A stretch of 64,000 nucleotides of DNA from NCBI GenBank assembly GCA_002499585.1, contig DAMH01000027.1, forward strand, positions 63,789 through 127,788. Direction: 5' to 3'. The notes under the pieces were generated by a model, which saw nothing but the letters and a program-made list of their open reading frames with translations, had not been told where the DNA came from and made no database searches. Positions 1 to 8,142 of this stretch are shown here, piece after piece; within the stretch, counting starts at the first letter, position 1, and each line of letters begins with the position of its first letter. A program made the position numbers and the translations under genes. Source of the stretch: Euryarchaeota archaeon UBA552 (GTDB taxonomy: Archaea > Thermoplasmatota > Poseidoniia > Poseidoniales > Thalassarchaeaceae).

Positions 1-16
1 ACCATGTGGGAAGACC

Positions 17-718
17 GTGGATGTTCGCGTAATTGCGCTGGGAGGATCTCTTCTGAGTGATGATTCTATCGTGTTTGAAAAATGGATGGAAGGTCTTGCC
101 GAGATATTGAAGAAGCGTTCTGATCAAGAATCGAAGACGGTCCTCGTTGTAGGTGGCGGGGCTGTCGCGAGGAATGCCATAAATGTGGTTTCCAAAACAA
201 CCAGAGACAGGGATTCGCTTGACAGGGTCGGTATTTCAGCCACCCGTTTGAATGCCACCATCATAAGGGAGAAGCTCCTTTCACTTGGAGTTCACGTCTC
301 CAGAGAGGAACCGACCTCTGTACAGGATGCGATACGAAACACAGGACATGAACTACTTGTGATGGGCGGGACTGAACCGGGCCATACGACCGATTGCGTG
401 GCGATTGAAATTGCAATCGGAATCAAGGCCCAGTCCTGTCTAATAGCAACAAATGTCTCTCATGTATACACAAGTGATCCGAGCACGGATCCGAATGCTA
501 CTCCAATATCGACTATGAGCCATGAAGATCTCAGAGTTCTTGTTGGTGAGCCAAAGGATCACAAAGCTGGGGGAAGGTCAGTTGTCGATCCTGTAGGCGC
601 CAAGATAGCAAGAGAATCTGACCTTGACCTAGACATTGTGGATGGTCGAGACCATTCAGCGATGAGTAATGCGCTTGCAGGATTGAAGTTCAATGGAACG
701 CAGATAAGCGTCAAGTGA
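17..718 (+). CDS. pyrH: UMP kinase (archaeal type)
   Basis: Amino-acid-kinase fold motifs: VIALGGS, VVVGGGAVAR, GGTEPGHTTD, ATNVSHVYTSDP, VVDPVGA. Confidence 0.93.
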   Translation: MDVRVIALGGSLLSDDSIVFEKWMEGLAEILKKRSDQESKTVLVVGGGAVARNAINVVSKTTRDRDSLDRVGISATRLNATIIREKLLSLGVHVSREEPTSVQDAIRNTGHELLVMGGTEPGHTTDCVAIEIAIGIKAQSCLIATNVSHVYTSDPSTDPNATPISTMSHEDLRVLVGEPKDHKAGGRSVVDPVGAKIARESDLDLDIVDGRDHSAMSNALAGLKFNGTQISVK

Positions 719-722
719 TTGG

Positions 723-950
723 GTGAATGTGATGAGTCAGGGGAATAGAGGTCGAAATACAATGACTCCTCACCGGCACTGCATAGTTTGTTGGACCCCG
801 ATACCACTTGACAGAGACCCGGCGATATGCAGGGCCGATGAATGTGCAAAGATAAACGTCAAGAGGGAAGCTTCCAGAAAGCGGTTTACCGTAATGCTAT
901 ACCTATTCCCTGCCATAGCTCTAGTTCTTGCCTTCCTATCAGCTGTGTAA
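723..950 (+). CDS. DUF2116-like Zn-ribbon small membrane protein
   Basis: PHRHCIVCWTPIP...C...C motif followed by a basic stretch and a C-terminal hydrophobic helix; directly follows pyrH. Confidence 0.75.
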   Translation: MNVMSQGNRGRNTMTPHRHCIVCWTPIPLDRDPAICRADECAKINVKREASRKRFTVMLYLFPAIALVLAFLSAV

Positions 951-988
951 GCGCAAGCGTCATTTTTGTATGCGTCTAGCGAACTGCC

Positions 989-1573
989 ATGCGGGTAGTC
1001 CGTATCCTCTCTGTTTTGCCCGGCGCAGTCGGAGTGTTCTGTCTTTTAATCGGCGGAATTAGCATGCTTGGGATCGGTCTGGATACGGAGCGCACCCAGA
1101 TACCAGTGGTTCCATGCACAGAGGTTTCTGATGAAGGGTGTTTGGTTGGCATGACCGGATCTGATCTCACCGTACCGGGAGGCTTTGTGATCCTTGATGT
1201 TAGGATGGACATAGCATGGAGTGAACCATCAAAAAGTTGGATTGGTGTTGTTGACGCAAGTTTTGCAGAAAAATGTCCCCCTGACGCTGATGGTTTAACT
1301 ACATGCAACAAAGATGATTTTGAATACGTTTCAGGGGGGCCTGAATCATCCGGGGACTTTGTGTTTGACCTACAACCAGGGGCATACAGGTTCGTCTCGG
1401 CCGGCAGAGAGGGTGCTGACCTTGACGAGCAGCTAGTGACGATAAGTTCAGAATTAGCGATTGCACCTCTATTCGAGTTGATTTTCGTCGCTGTAGGTGC
1501 CGTGCTTCTTTTGTGCGCGATCGAGATGATCTATCCCGTGGAAGTGCTGTGGAAACGATTCATAAAACAGTGA
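989..1573 (+). CDS. Hypothetical membrane protein (N- and C-terminal hydrophobic segments around an extracellular Cys-containing domain)
   Basis: 194-aa ORF, two hydrophobic termini, acidic central region with two Cys pairs. Confidence 0.7.
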   Translation: MRVVRILSVLPGAVGVFCLLIGGISMLGIGLDTERTQIPVVPCTEVSDEGCLVGMTGSDLTVPGGFVILDVRMDIAWSEPSKSWIGVVDASFAEKCPPDADGLTTCNKDDFEYVSGGPESSGDFVFDLQPGAYRFVSAGREGADLDEQLVTISSELAIAPLFELIFVAVGAVLLLCAIEMIYPVEVLWKRFIKQ

Positions 1574-1617
1574 TTATTTGCGCTTTGTTGAATAACTATG
1601 GGTCTTACGTGATTGCC

Positions 1618-1737
1618 ATGAGGTCTCAAAAGTGCGCCAACTGCAACACCCCGGTGGAGGTTGAAGGCCTTCCCAGGTCATTCGGTGGTTTCTACATTTA
1701 CTGCAAGGTTTGCGGCCATAACTGGTTAGTCGAATGA
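1618..1737 (+). CDS. Small zinc-finger protein (39 aa, CxxC...CxxC)
   Basis: ATG at 1618 in the frame of ORF 1513-1737 gives MRSQKCANCNTPVEVEGLPRSFGGFYIYCKVCGHNWLVE; AT-rich box about 25-30 nt upstream. Confidence 0.65.
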   Translation: MRSQKCANCNTPVEVEGLPRSFGGFYIYCKVCGHNWLVE

Positions 1738-2781
1738 TTCCTCTTCTACGCCAGTAAACTGTCGTGGCCAATCATCTGGTAACTCCAAAGGATCTCCCAC
1801 AGCGTCAGCGTCAATCATCTTGATTGTTCTAGCCCTGAGATCCTCTAGTCCGTCTGACTCGATTGAACTTACCTTTATGGCCCCTGGAATATCTCTTTTC
1901 GATGGCAAATCGGACTTGGAGTGCAGAACAATCATCTTCTTGGCACTCATTAGCGACTCAACTTCCTCAAGCAAGTTGAGTTGGTCTCTCAGGGGCGTTC
2001 CTCCGGATTCCGAGGGATCGACGAGAAACAATACCAAGTCTCCTATGTTTTCTAGGGCCGCTATGGCCTGCATCTCAATTTGGTTGCGTTTCGTATTTGG
2101 ACGGTCGAGTAGGCCCGGTGTGTCGACCATCTGATATTTTCTTCTCCTATGGTTGAAGTGCCCCAGATGTAGCCTCTTCGTTGTGAACGGGTACGCGGCC
2201 ACTTCTGGTTCTCCGGAGGAAAGTGCGGAAATCAATGCAGATTTACCAACATTTGGGGCACCGGCCACGACAATACATGGATCACCAGGATCAATGGATG
2301 GGAGCTCTCTCAACACATCTCTCGCATTGTTTAGCCATTCAAGCTCTTGAGATAGTTGTTCGAGGACTGAAGCGAATCTTCCGTATGCGGCTCTTCTACT
2401 TACATGGAAGCCGTCTATATCTCTGATCCTCAGCATTTCTGACTGGATTCTGCCTCCAATTTTTCTTATTTGCTGCGCGCCCCACTGGATGGCTCCCAAA
2501 TTTCTACGATATTCGTCCGCACCGACCGACGCATCTATCAATGCCTGATCAAATACAGACAGGGAATTCAAACTTGGCCACCTGTCGACCCAATCTAACA
2601 AGGTTGTCGCGATTGTGTCGGAGGCAGATTGGACCATTCTATTCATCTGTTTTCTCACCCTGTGATATTTGTCGGGGTCGTCCACCAAGCCCGATAATTT
2701 GCTTGCGCGGCGAAAGGCCTTGTCTATGATCTCTTGAGGAAGGAGGACTGTCGGAATTCTACGCCATTCCGCCGTTACCAT
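1726..2781 (-). CDS. NOG1-family (Obg-like) archaeal GTP-binding protein
   Basis: IPTV N-terminus, GAPNVGKS, YPFTTK, DTPGLLDRP, RNQIE, SKSD. Start placed at ATG 2781 (the ORF track starts at 2844). Confidence 0.9.
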   Translation of the reverse strand: MVTAEWRRIPTVLLPQEIIDKAFRRASKLSGLVDDPDKYHRVRKQMNRMVQSASDTIATTLLDWVDRWPSLNSLSVFDQALIDASVGADEYRRNLGAIQWGAQQIRKIGGRIQSEMLRIRDIDGFHVSRRAAYGRFASVLEQLSQELEWLNNARDVLRELPSIDPGDPCIVVAGAPNVGKSALISALSSGEPEVAAYPFTTKRLHLGHFNHRRRKYQMVDTPGLLDRPNTKRNQIEMQAIAALENIGDLVLFLVDPSESGGTPLRDQLNLLEEVESLMSAKKMIVLHSKSDLPSKRDIPGAIKVSSIESDGLEDLRARTIKMIDADAVGDPLELPDDWPRQFTGVEEESFD

Positions 2782-2886
2782 GTCATTACCCTTGGGAGGC
2801 CGCTTGTTAACATGGTCTTGAACTGCTTGGCTGTAAACCAACAAGATTACGTTTTACTTAATTAGGCAGGGTATTGAGCGAAGGGT

Positions 2887-3336
2887 ATGCCAACCACAGA
2901 CGGGACCCGATCTGCGAGTCTTCCCGACTGGGCAGAGGAGTTCTACACATCACATGGCCGCCCAGACATCACTTCATTCGGAGACGTCTACGTGGGTCCT
3001 CTGATGGGAAGGAAATCCGGCCTCAGGAAGGATGACTTGGTTGAAATGGTCATCGATGCAAGGTCGGTCAAGGCTGATCAGCCAAACATAATCAGAGGCA
3101 TGCTAATATCCACAGGCAGGAGTTCCATAGATATGCTAGATGAGGCTGGGTTGTTTCGATCCTTCTCGAGAGACGTGGTAGTTGAAATACGGCTAATTGC
3201 CCACATGAGGCCTCAGTATATCGACGACGAGGAGTTGTTATTTTTCGAGCGAGAGGATATGCGGAGAAGAACAAGTGTGAGTGAGCAGGCCGAACGACTT
3301 GCAGATGGGCATGATGACTCGCACGTCTGGGGGTGA
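2887..3336 (+). CDS. Hypothetical protein
   Basis: 149-aa ORF with AT-rich box about 25 nt upstream; first gene of a tightly packed three-gene run. Confidence 0.7.
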   Translation: MPTTDGTRSASLPDWAEEFYTSHGRPDITSFGDVYVGPLMGRKSGLRKDDLVEMVIDARSVKADQPNIIRGMLISTGRSSIDMLDEAGLFRSFSRDVVVEIRLIAHMRPQYIDDEELLFFEREDMRRRTSVSEQAERLADGHDDSHVWG

Positions 3337-3342
3337 ATTACA

Positions 3343-3669
3343 ATGACAGAACTGAACAAGAAGACATGCGTACCATGCCAAGGTGGCGTCCCGCCAATGA
3401 GTGGGGATGCGATATCAAAACTAATGCCTGAAATCGATGCTGCATGGAGCGTGGTGGACCAGCATCACCTCGTAAGAACATGGGGTTTTCCAGATTTCAT
3501 CACGGCGCTTGAATTTCTTAACTCAGCAGGAGCTATCTGCGAACTTGAGGGGCACCATGCAGATTTTGAGATTGGTTGGGGTAGGGTAGTGGCACAGATC
3601 TGGACACACAAGATCGATGGGCTCACAGAGTCAGATTTCATACTGGCTGCGAAGTTGGACCAGCTTTGA
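3343..3669 (+). CDS. phhB: Pterin-4-alpha-carbinolamine dehydratase
   Basis: CVPCQGG N-terminus, WGFPDF, EGHHADF, WTHKIDGLTESDFILAAK. Confidence 0.92.
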   Translation: MTELNKKTCVPCQGGVPPMSGDAISKLMPEIDAAWSVVDQHHLVRTWGFPDFITALEFLNSAGAICELEGHHADFEIGWGRVVAQIWTHKIDGLTESDFILAAKLDQL

Positions 3670-3680
3670 CAGGTGGCATC

Positions 3681-4253
3681 ATGAGTGATGTACAGAAAAA
3701 CATCATCTCAAGACGCACGGTTTACAAGTTCGATCAGCGGGAAGTACCGGCGACTGTCCTAGAGATTGCATTTGAAGCCGCGAGGCATGCTCCGAATCAC
3801 AAGCATACCCATCCGTGGAAGTTCTACGTACTAGGTCAAGAGGCGAGGTCCTCGATACTACCAGAGGTTAAGAGGTTGGCAGAATTGAAATCCTTGAGAT
3901 TAGGGAGATCATCCTCGGATGAAGGTATGAAAAAGGCAATCGCGAAGATAACCTCTCCACCGATTCTGATAGTGGTGACCTCCGCGAGGACTATTGGTGA
4001 TAAATTCAGAGAAATGGAAGATTATGCCGCAACTGTATGCGCAATACACAACCTGACTTTATCATTGTGGGACCAAGGGGTCGGGTTACAGTGGTCGACC
4101 GGAGGCATAACAAGATCAGATTATGTCTATGATAAACTTGGAATCTCGAAAGGGGAAGAGAACATAATTGGTTTCCTGAAAGTAGGGTACCCCGCCTCAG
4201 TGCCAAACATTCAGAAAAAACCATTGAAGGATATCAGGTTGTATTTGGAGTGA
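3681..4253 (+). CDS. Nitroreductase family protein
   Basis: SRRTVYKF, AARHAPNHKHTHPWKF, GVGLQWSTG motifs; AGGTGG RBS before ATG 3681. Confidence 0.9.
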   Translation: MSDVQKNIISRRTVYKFDQREVPATVLEIAFEAARHAPNHKHTHPWKFYVLGQEARSSILPEVKRLAELKSLRLGRSSSDEGMKKAIAKITSPPILIVVTSARTIGDKFREMEDYAATVCAIHNLTLSLWDQGVGLQWSTGGITRSDYVYDKLGISKGEENIIGFLKVGYPASVPNIQKKPLKDIRLYLE

Positions 4254-4256
4254 CAA

Positions 4257-5429
4257 TCATCCGATAAGGACGACTTGACCTGTCCAATGGAAGACCAGTA
4301 GATCATCTGAAAGGGATTTTCCAAAGCCAACTATCATTCCCCCACTGGTGCCGATGTATTCTTCGGACCAGACCCCAGATTGTTCACGGAGGACCCAAAT
4401 TGAACCTGTGCAGAAGTCTCCATAGAGGAAACCCTCTTGCAGTATTTCGGGACCCCAATCCATCCAGAACCCGCCTGTTATGGAGCAATTTCCATTCTCA
4501 TGAGGATATACTACGACAGGATCGGTGTAGTTAGGTCCAACTTCTGGTTGGCTGGGTCTGCATTTTCCATCATCGGCGAACTCATAGAAACCCTCCCTGT
4601 CGGACCATCCGAGGTTAGCCGGAACGGTAAGATTCACCAAATTGACCTCTTCCCAGCAGGCTTGTCCGACATCCGCTATCCACAGTCCTCCGTCTGGGTC
4701 TAAGTCGAATCTCCATGGGTTCCTCAGCCCATGATGAAGGACATATGGATCACCGGCTCCAGTATCAACAGCTGGCGACACCGTGTTGTCTTCGAATTTA
4801 ACGTAATACATGGTCCCCAGTGGATTTGACGAATTTTGCCCGTTCAACAAGGGGTCGTCAGAGCTGCCACCATCTCCGATGCCCCAAAGGAAATTGTTGT
4901 CACCTGCGTGTATTAGGTGCCCTCCATTGTGGTTCCTGTATGGTTGGTTAACCCTCAATAGTACCGTTAGTGTGTCAAGATCAAAGGTATCCATTTCGTC
5001 GATTTTAATTGAGGCGAGGATCAGGTCGGATTGGTTCGGCCCCTCGCAGGTACCGTCCTCGATGTACGAGATCAGTACAGTCCCCGTGTTCTCAAAATCT
5101 GCCTCTAAGGCCATTCCAAGCAGGCCCTGTTCCATGTGACATCTATTCACCACTTCACTGAGGTCAACGGCCCAGTCGAGAGTTTGCCCGTCCCAGGATT
5201 TAACATATCCATTCAGGTAGAGGATCCACTGGTTACCAGTGAGAGGGTTGATCAAAGACCGGTGGGGGGTCTCGGATCCCTCTATGATAGTTGTGCAACC
5301 AAGCTCGTCCAATTCCAATTCGCATTCTGAACTTGTAGGTTCCGGCCATTGAAAGCCGTCATCTTCCTCAAAACATCCTGAGAATGCTGCAGATATGATT
5401 AGTAACGCTACTGCTGCATTGACCCTCAT
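4257..5429 (-). CDS. PQQ-dependent sugar dehydrogenase (GSDH/HHIP-like beta-propeller) lipoprotein
   Basis: Lipobox-like FSGC, EQGLLGMAL, NHNGG, GLRNPWRF, DVGQ..WEEVN, SITGG, YGDFCTG. Start at ATG 5429 behind a GGGTGAGGGGG RBS. Confidence 0.85.
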   Translation of the reverse strand: MRVNAAVALLIISAAFSGCFEEDDGFQWPEPTSSECELELDELGCTTIIEGSETPHRSLINPLTGNQWILYLNGYVKSWDGQTLDWAVDLSEVVNRCHMEQGLLGMALEADFENTGTVLISYIEDGTCEGPNQSDLILASIKIDEMDTFDLDTLTVLLRVNQPYRNHNGGHLIHAGDNNFLWGIGDGGSSDDPLLNGQNSSNPLGTMYYVKFEDNTVSPAVDTGAGDPYVLHHGLRNPWRFDLDPDGGLWIADVGQACWEEVNLVNLTVPANLGWSDREGFYEFADDGKCRPSQPEVGPNYTDPVVVYPHENGNCSITGGFWMDWGPEILQEGFLYGDFCTGSIWVLREQSGVWSEEYIGTSGGMIVGFGKSLSDDLLVFHWTGQVVLIG

Positions 5430-5436
5430 ATCCCCC

Positions 5437-6513
5437 TCACCCAAAGTAAGCTTGGATGCCCGGGACATTTGATACTGCTGCTCCGTAGGTTCCCAAGTGG
5501 TCCTCAGCTGTGGTAGGTATCATGTCATCAGTGTAGAGAAGATCCCAGAGAATTTCCTTTCCTTCTGCGTCATCGCTCAATGACCCGAGGGCGGTCTGTA
5601 CAAGTGCAACAGCGTCAGCATCGAGGTAATTCGGGGCATTCACATCCGGGTTGTACAACGCGGGGTGACTTGGTGCTTGCCCAAATGGTTCCAACATCAC
5701 AACCTCGTCACGATCTAGGCACCAATCGTATGCATCGCTTCCCGTGCAGTATGAGTCATAGACAGTATCTTTGATGAGGGCTATATCGCCCGTTCCATCC
5801 ATCATACATCTCATGGCTCCCTTGTACGAAGAATAGGGGGTGCTGCCTCTGGGTATACTGGAATCAGGAGAGAAAAAGCCATGGACAGTAGCTTCCAAGG
5901 AATCTATTTCTGACGGGTCGCCCTTGACTTCAGCGTATCCGTTACCGATGAGGTATCCCATAGGTATCAGCATTCCTGCAGATTTGAGCCATCCTGTGTG
6001 GCATGATTTCTTGCCCCTCATCAGCTCAAACGGGTCGGTGTCGGGGTCGTCATCCAAGTAAGCGGCTGCCATATCAGAATCAGCTTTGACCCATGCTGCT
6101 GCATTGTAGTATGTTCTACCGTCTGATTTTGTCTCGGCAGCTAGGACGCCGAGGTCGTACACCTCCCAAGCCAGCCAGCCAGCTGCGCCGTCGACGAAGC
6201 CGATATCGGCATTGCCTTTGTCGATCGCCTCTATCAATGGTACGGAATCGGTCACAGGATATATCTCTACGTCCCAATCATCGCCCATTAGGGAACTCAT
6301 TTTATCGGCGAGTTGTTGTGGGTTGGTGTCCCAAACCTGGTAATCTTCTTGCACTTGGTATGCTATGGTCAAACAATTTTTGTCAGGATCGCATTCCTCG
6401 TAATCGGGTTCGTAGACCAAGAGGTAGAAACCACCACCTCCGAGGACGAGCATTACAGCGATTGATATGGCTTTGTTGGCGGCGGCCCACTGTGCCGCAT
6501 TCTTCAGAATCAT
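5437..6513 (-). CDS. Membrane-anchored single-lobe transferrin-like binding protein (PhnD/SsuA/transferrin superfamily)
   Basis: N-terminal TM anchor; motifs FVDG, TYYNAAAWVK, KKSCHTGWLKSAGMLIP, YSSYKGAMRC..DG.GDIALIK, PSH and DLLYTD match transferrin lobe motifs. Confidence 0.85.
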   Translation of the reverse strand: MILKNAAQWAAANKAISIAVMLVLGGGGFYLLVYEPDYEECDPDKNCLTIAYQVQEDYQVWDTNPQQLADKMSSLMGDDWDVEIYPVTDSVPLIEAIDKGNADIGFVDGAAGWLAWEVYDLGVLAAETKSDGRTYYNAAAWVKADSDMAAAYLDDDPDTDPFELMRGKKSCHTGWLKSAGMLIPMGYLIGNGYAEVKGDPSEIDSLEATVHGFFSPDSSIPRGSTPYSSYKGAMRCMMDGTGDIALIKDTVYDSYCTGSDAYDWCLDRDEVVMLEPFGQAPSHPALYNPDVNAPNYLDADAVALVQTALGSLSDDAEGKEILWDLLYTDDMIPTTAEDHLGTYGAAVSNVPGIQAYFG

Positions 6514-6534
6514 GCCTATCCCACATAGGGGGGT

Positions 6535-6542
6535 GAAATAAA
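6535..6542 (-). promoter_or_regulatory. Putative TATA box of the transferrin-like gene
   Basis: TTTATTTC on the minus strand, about 22-29 nt upstream of ATG 6513; spacing fits a leaderless or short-leader archaeal promoter. Confidence 0.55.
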
Positions 6543-6561
6543 TTTTAGGCTTCCCTAAAAT
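6542..6561. promoter_or_regulatory. DtxR/SirR/MntR-type operator (ATTTTAGG-cttc-CCTAAAAT)
   Basis: Perfect 8-bp inverted repeat with a 4-nt spacer containing the TTAGG-N4-CCTAA core; abuts the TATA box and covers the BRE position. Confidence 0.75.
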
Positions 6562-6587
6562 AACAAATGTGGTCTTGACAGATTACA

Positions 6588-8060
6588 CTAAGGATCGGTG
6601 AGAAGACTGGTTTCTGTGAAGAGGCTCGGCCCACTGGCCAAGTAGGCCATAACGCCCCTCCTGGATCTGGAGTCTTCGGGCGTGGAGTTATTTCCTGTGG
6701 CACACGATCCTGTGCAGCCGTCAGCAAAAGAGATGAAGATCCGTCCTTCCCTATCTATGTGTAGGTCGTTGAAATCTAGTAAATTACGATTCGACCCACC
6801 TATATCACGGCAATCACCACTGTTGAGGCAGATACTGCCGATCTGGACAGGGTCACTGGTTACCCTGTATGTGTGAAAAGTCGGTTTCTCATCAAGGGCA
6901 TTGAGACTGATTGTCACGTATAGGTGGTAACTGACATTTGCGTTTGCGAAGTGGGCATTGCCGTCCCATTCCTGGCCATCAATGTCTGGTTGACCTAGTT
7001 CGCCTGAGTCTTCGCTCCCTAGGTATGTGACTGCGATCCTCCCTGGGTCCCCGGCGTCAACCTGTGGGAAAACTGAGGAGATGATCTCCACCGGGCTGAT
7101 TCGGGTACTAGTTTGGTCCCATGTTAAACCCGAGTCTATGCTCCTAGACATGTACACCCCCTCGTCTGAGCCTGTCCATATGTGGTATGCATTGGACTGA
7201 GTGTCCGTTGCAACCTCCGAGTTTTTTCTGGGATAGGGTGTGCCGGCATCTTCACCCATTGTCTCTGCGAACCAAGAAAATCCGTTGTCCTTGGATACTA
7301 TTACTGTTGGAGTCTCGACTCTGGGGGTTACATAGACCGTACCGTCCGGGGCGGAAGTTATTGCCCCATGCAGGCCTCCGTCGGTCGTGGCCAGCCCGAT
7401 TATTTGTCCACCAGCCTCGAACGATGCACCGCCATCGAAGCTGGTGAAGCAGAATATTCCAGCCAATTTGTTGTAACAGTAGTAAACTGCTTGCTCGTAG
7501 ATTTGCTGGGAAAATTGGCCCGCTAAACCATACCCGATATCAGTCCACGGACCTGTTGCCAGCTTGATGTGGTCATTGATTGGCGTGGTTCCAGAGTCGT
7601 GTGGATTACCTAACCAGGTTTCACCGTCATCGTCGCTCCAGCAAATCCATGATGTCTCCAATCCCTGCATTTGGACGTTGAATATTCGGTCTGTAACGGG
7701 GTCGACCCAACCCCAAGGATCATTGGTCTGAAATGCGCACATTGGCCCTTTCACGTCTTCCCAAGATCCGCCGTAATCGCACGACCTCATGACCTTCTCG
7801 AAAGCAATGAAAAACACACAACCTGATGATGTAACCCCTATGCTGGGCTCCGCTCCATCCTGTCCTACGTCACTGAGGTTGAAGTTTAGCTGCAACGGGA
7901 GATTATCCGACGGCAGCCCGTCTGGACCAGTGACGAATATTCCTTCATTGCCTGTCTCTGGATCTGTTTGAATCGGGGTGTCTTCATTTTGAATACATCC
8001 CGAGACGGCCATTGTGGCCATCATCAAAGAGAAGGTCAAGGCGATCAAGGGGTGCTGCAT
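6588..8060 (-). CDS. Secreted BNR/Asp-box repeat beta-propeller lipoprotein (sialidase-like fold)
   Basis: Lipobox VSGC; five Asp boxes (SCDYGGSW, SDDDGETW, SFDGGASF, SKDNGFSW, SIDSGLTW). Confidence 0.85.
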   Translation of the reverse strand: MQHPLIALTFSLMMATMAVSGCIQNEDTPIQTDPETGNEGIFVTGPDGLPSDNLPLQLNFNLSDVGQDGAEPSIGVTSSGCVFFIAFEKVMRSCDYGGSWEDVKGPMCAFQTNDPWGWVDPVTDRIFNVQMQGLETSWICWSDDDGETWLGNPHDSGTTPINDHIKLATGPWTDIGYGLAGQFSQQIYEQAVYYCYNKLAGIFCFTSFDGGASFEAGGQIIGLATTDGGLHGAITSAPDGTVYVTPRVETPTVIVSKDNGFSWFAETMGEDAGTPYPRKNSEVATDTQSNAYHIWTGSDEGVYMSRSIDSGLTWDQTSTRISPVEIISSVFPQVDAGDPGRIAVTYLGSEDSGELGQPDIDGQEWDGNAHFANANVSYHLYVTISLNALDEKPTFHTYRVTSDPVQIGSICLNSGDCRDIGGSNRNLLDFNDLHIDREGRIFISFADGCTGSCATGNNSTPEDSRSRRGVMAYLASGPSLFTETSLLTDP

Positions 8061-8142
8061 AGTCCCCTCTAAAGATGGTCAAACTTGAAGCCTACGAAGA
8101 AATGTGGACGAAACTTTTCAATCAACGCCACCATAGCGATCT

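Noticed and set aside
5437-6513. Default call as a phosphonate ABC binding protein (PhnD)
   Set aside because: It lacks the STSG phosphonate motif and neighbouring phnC/phnE, and carries transferrin-specific motifs instead.
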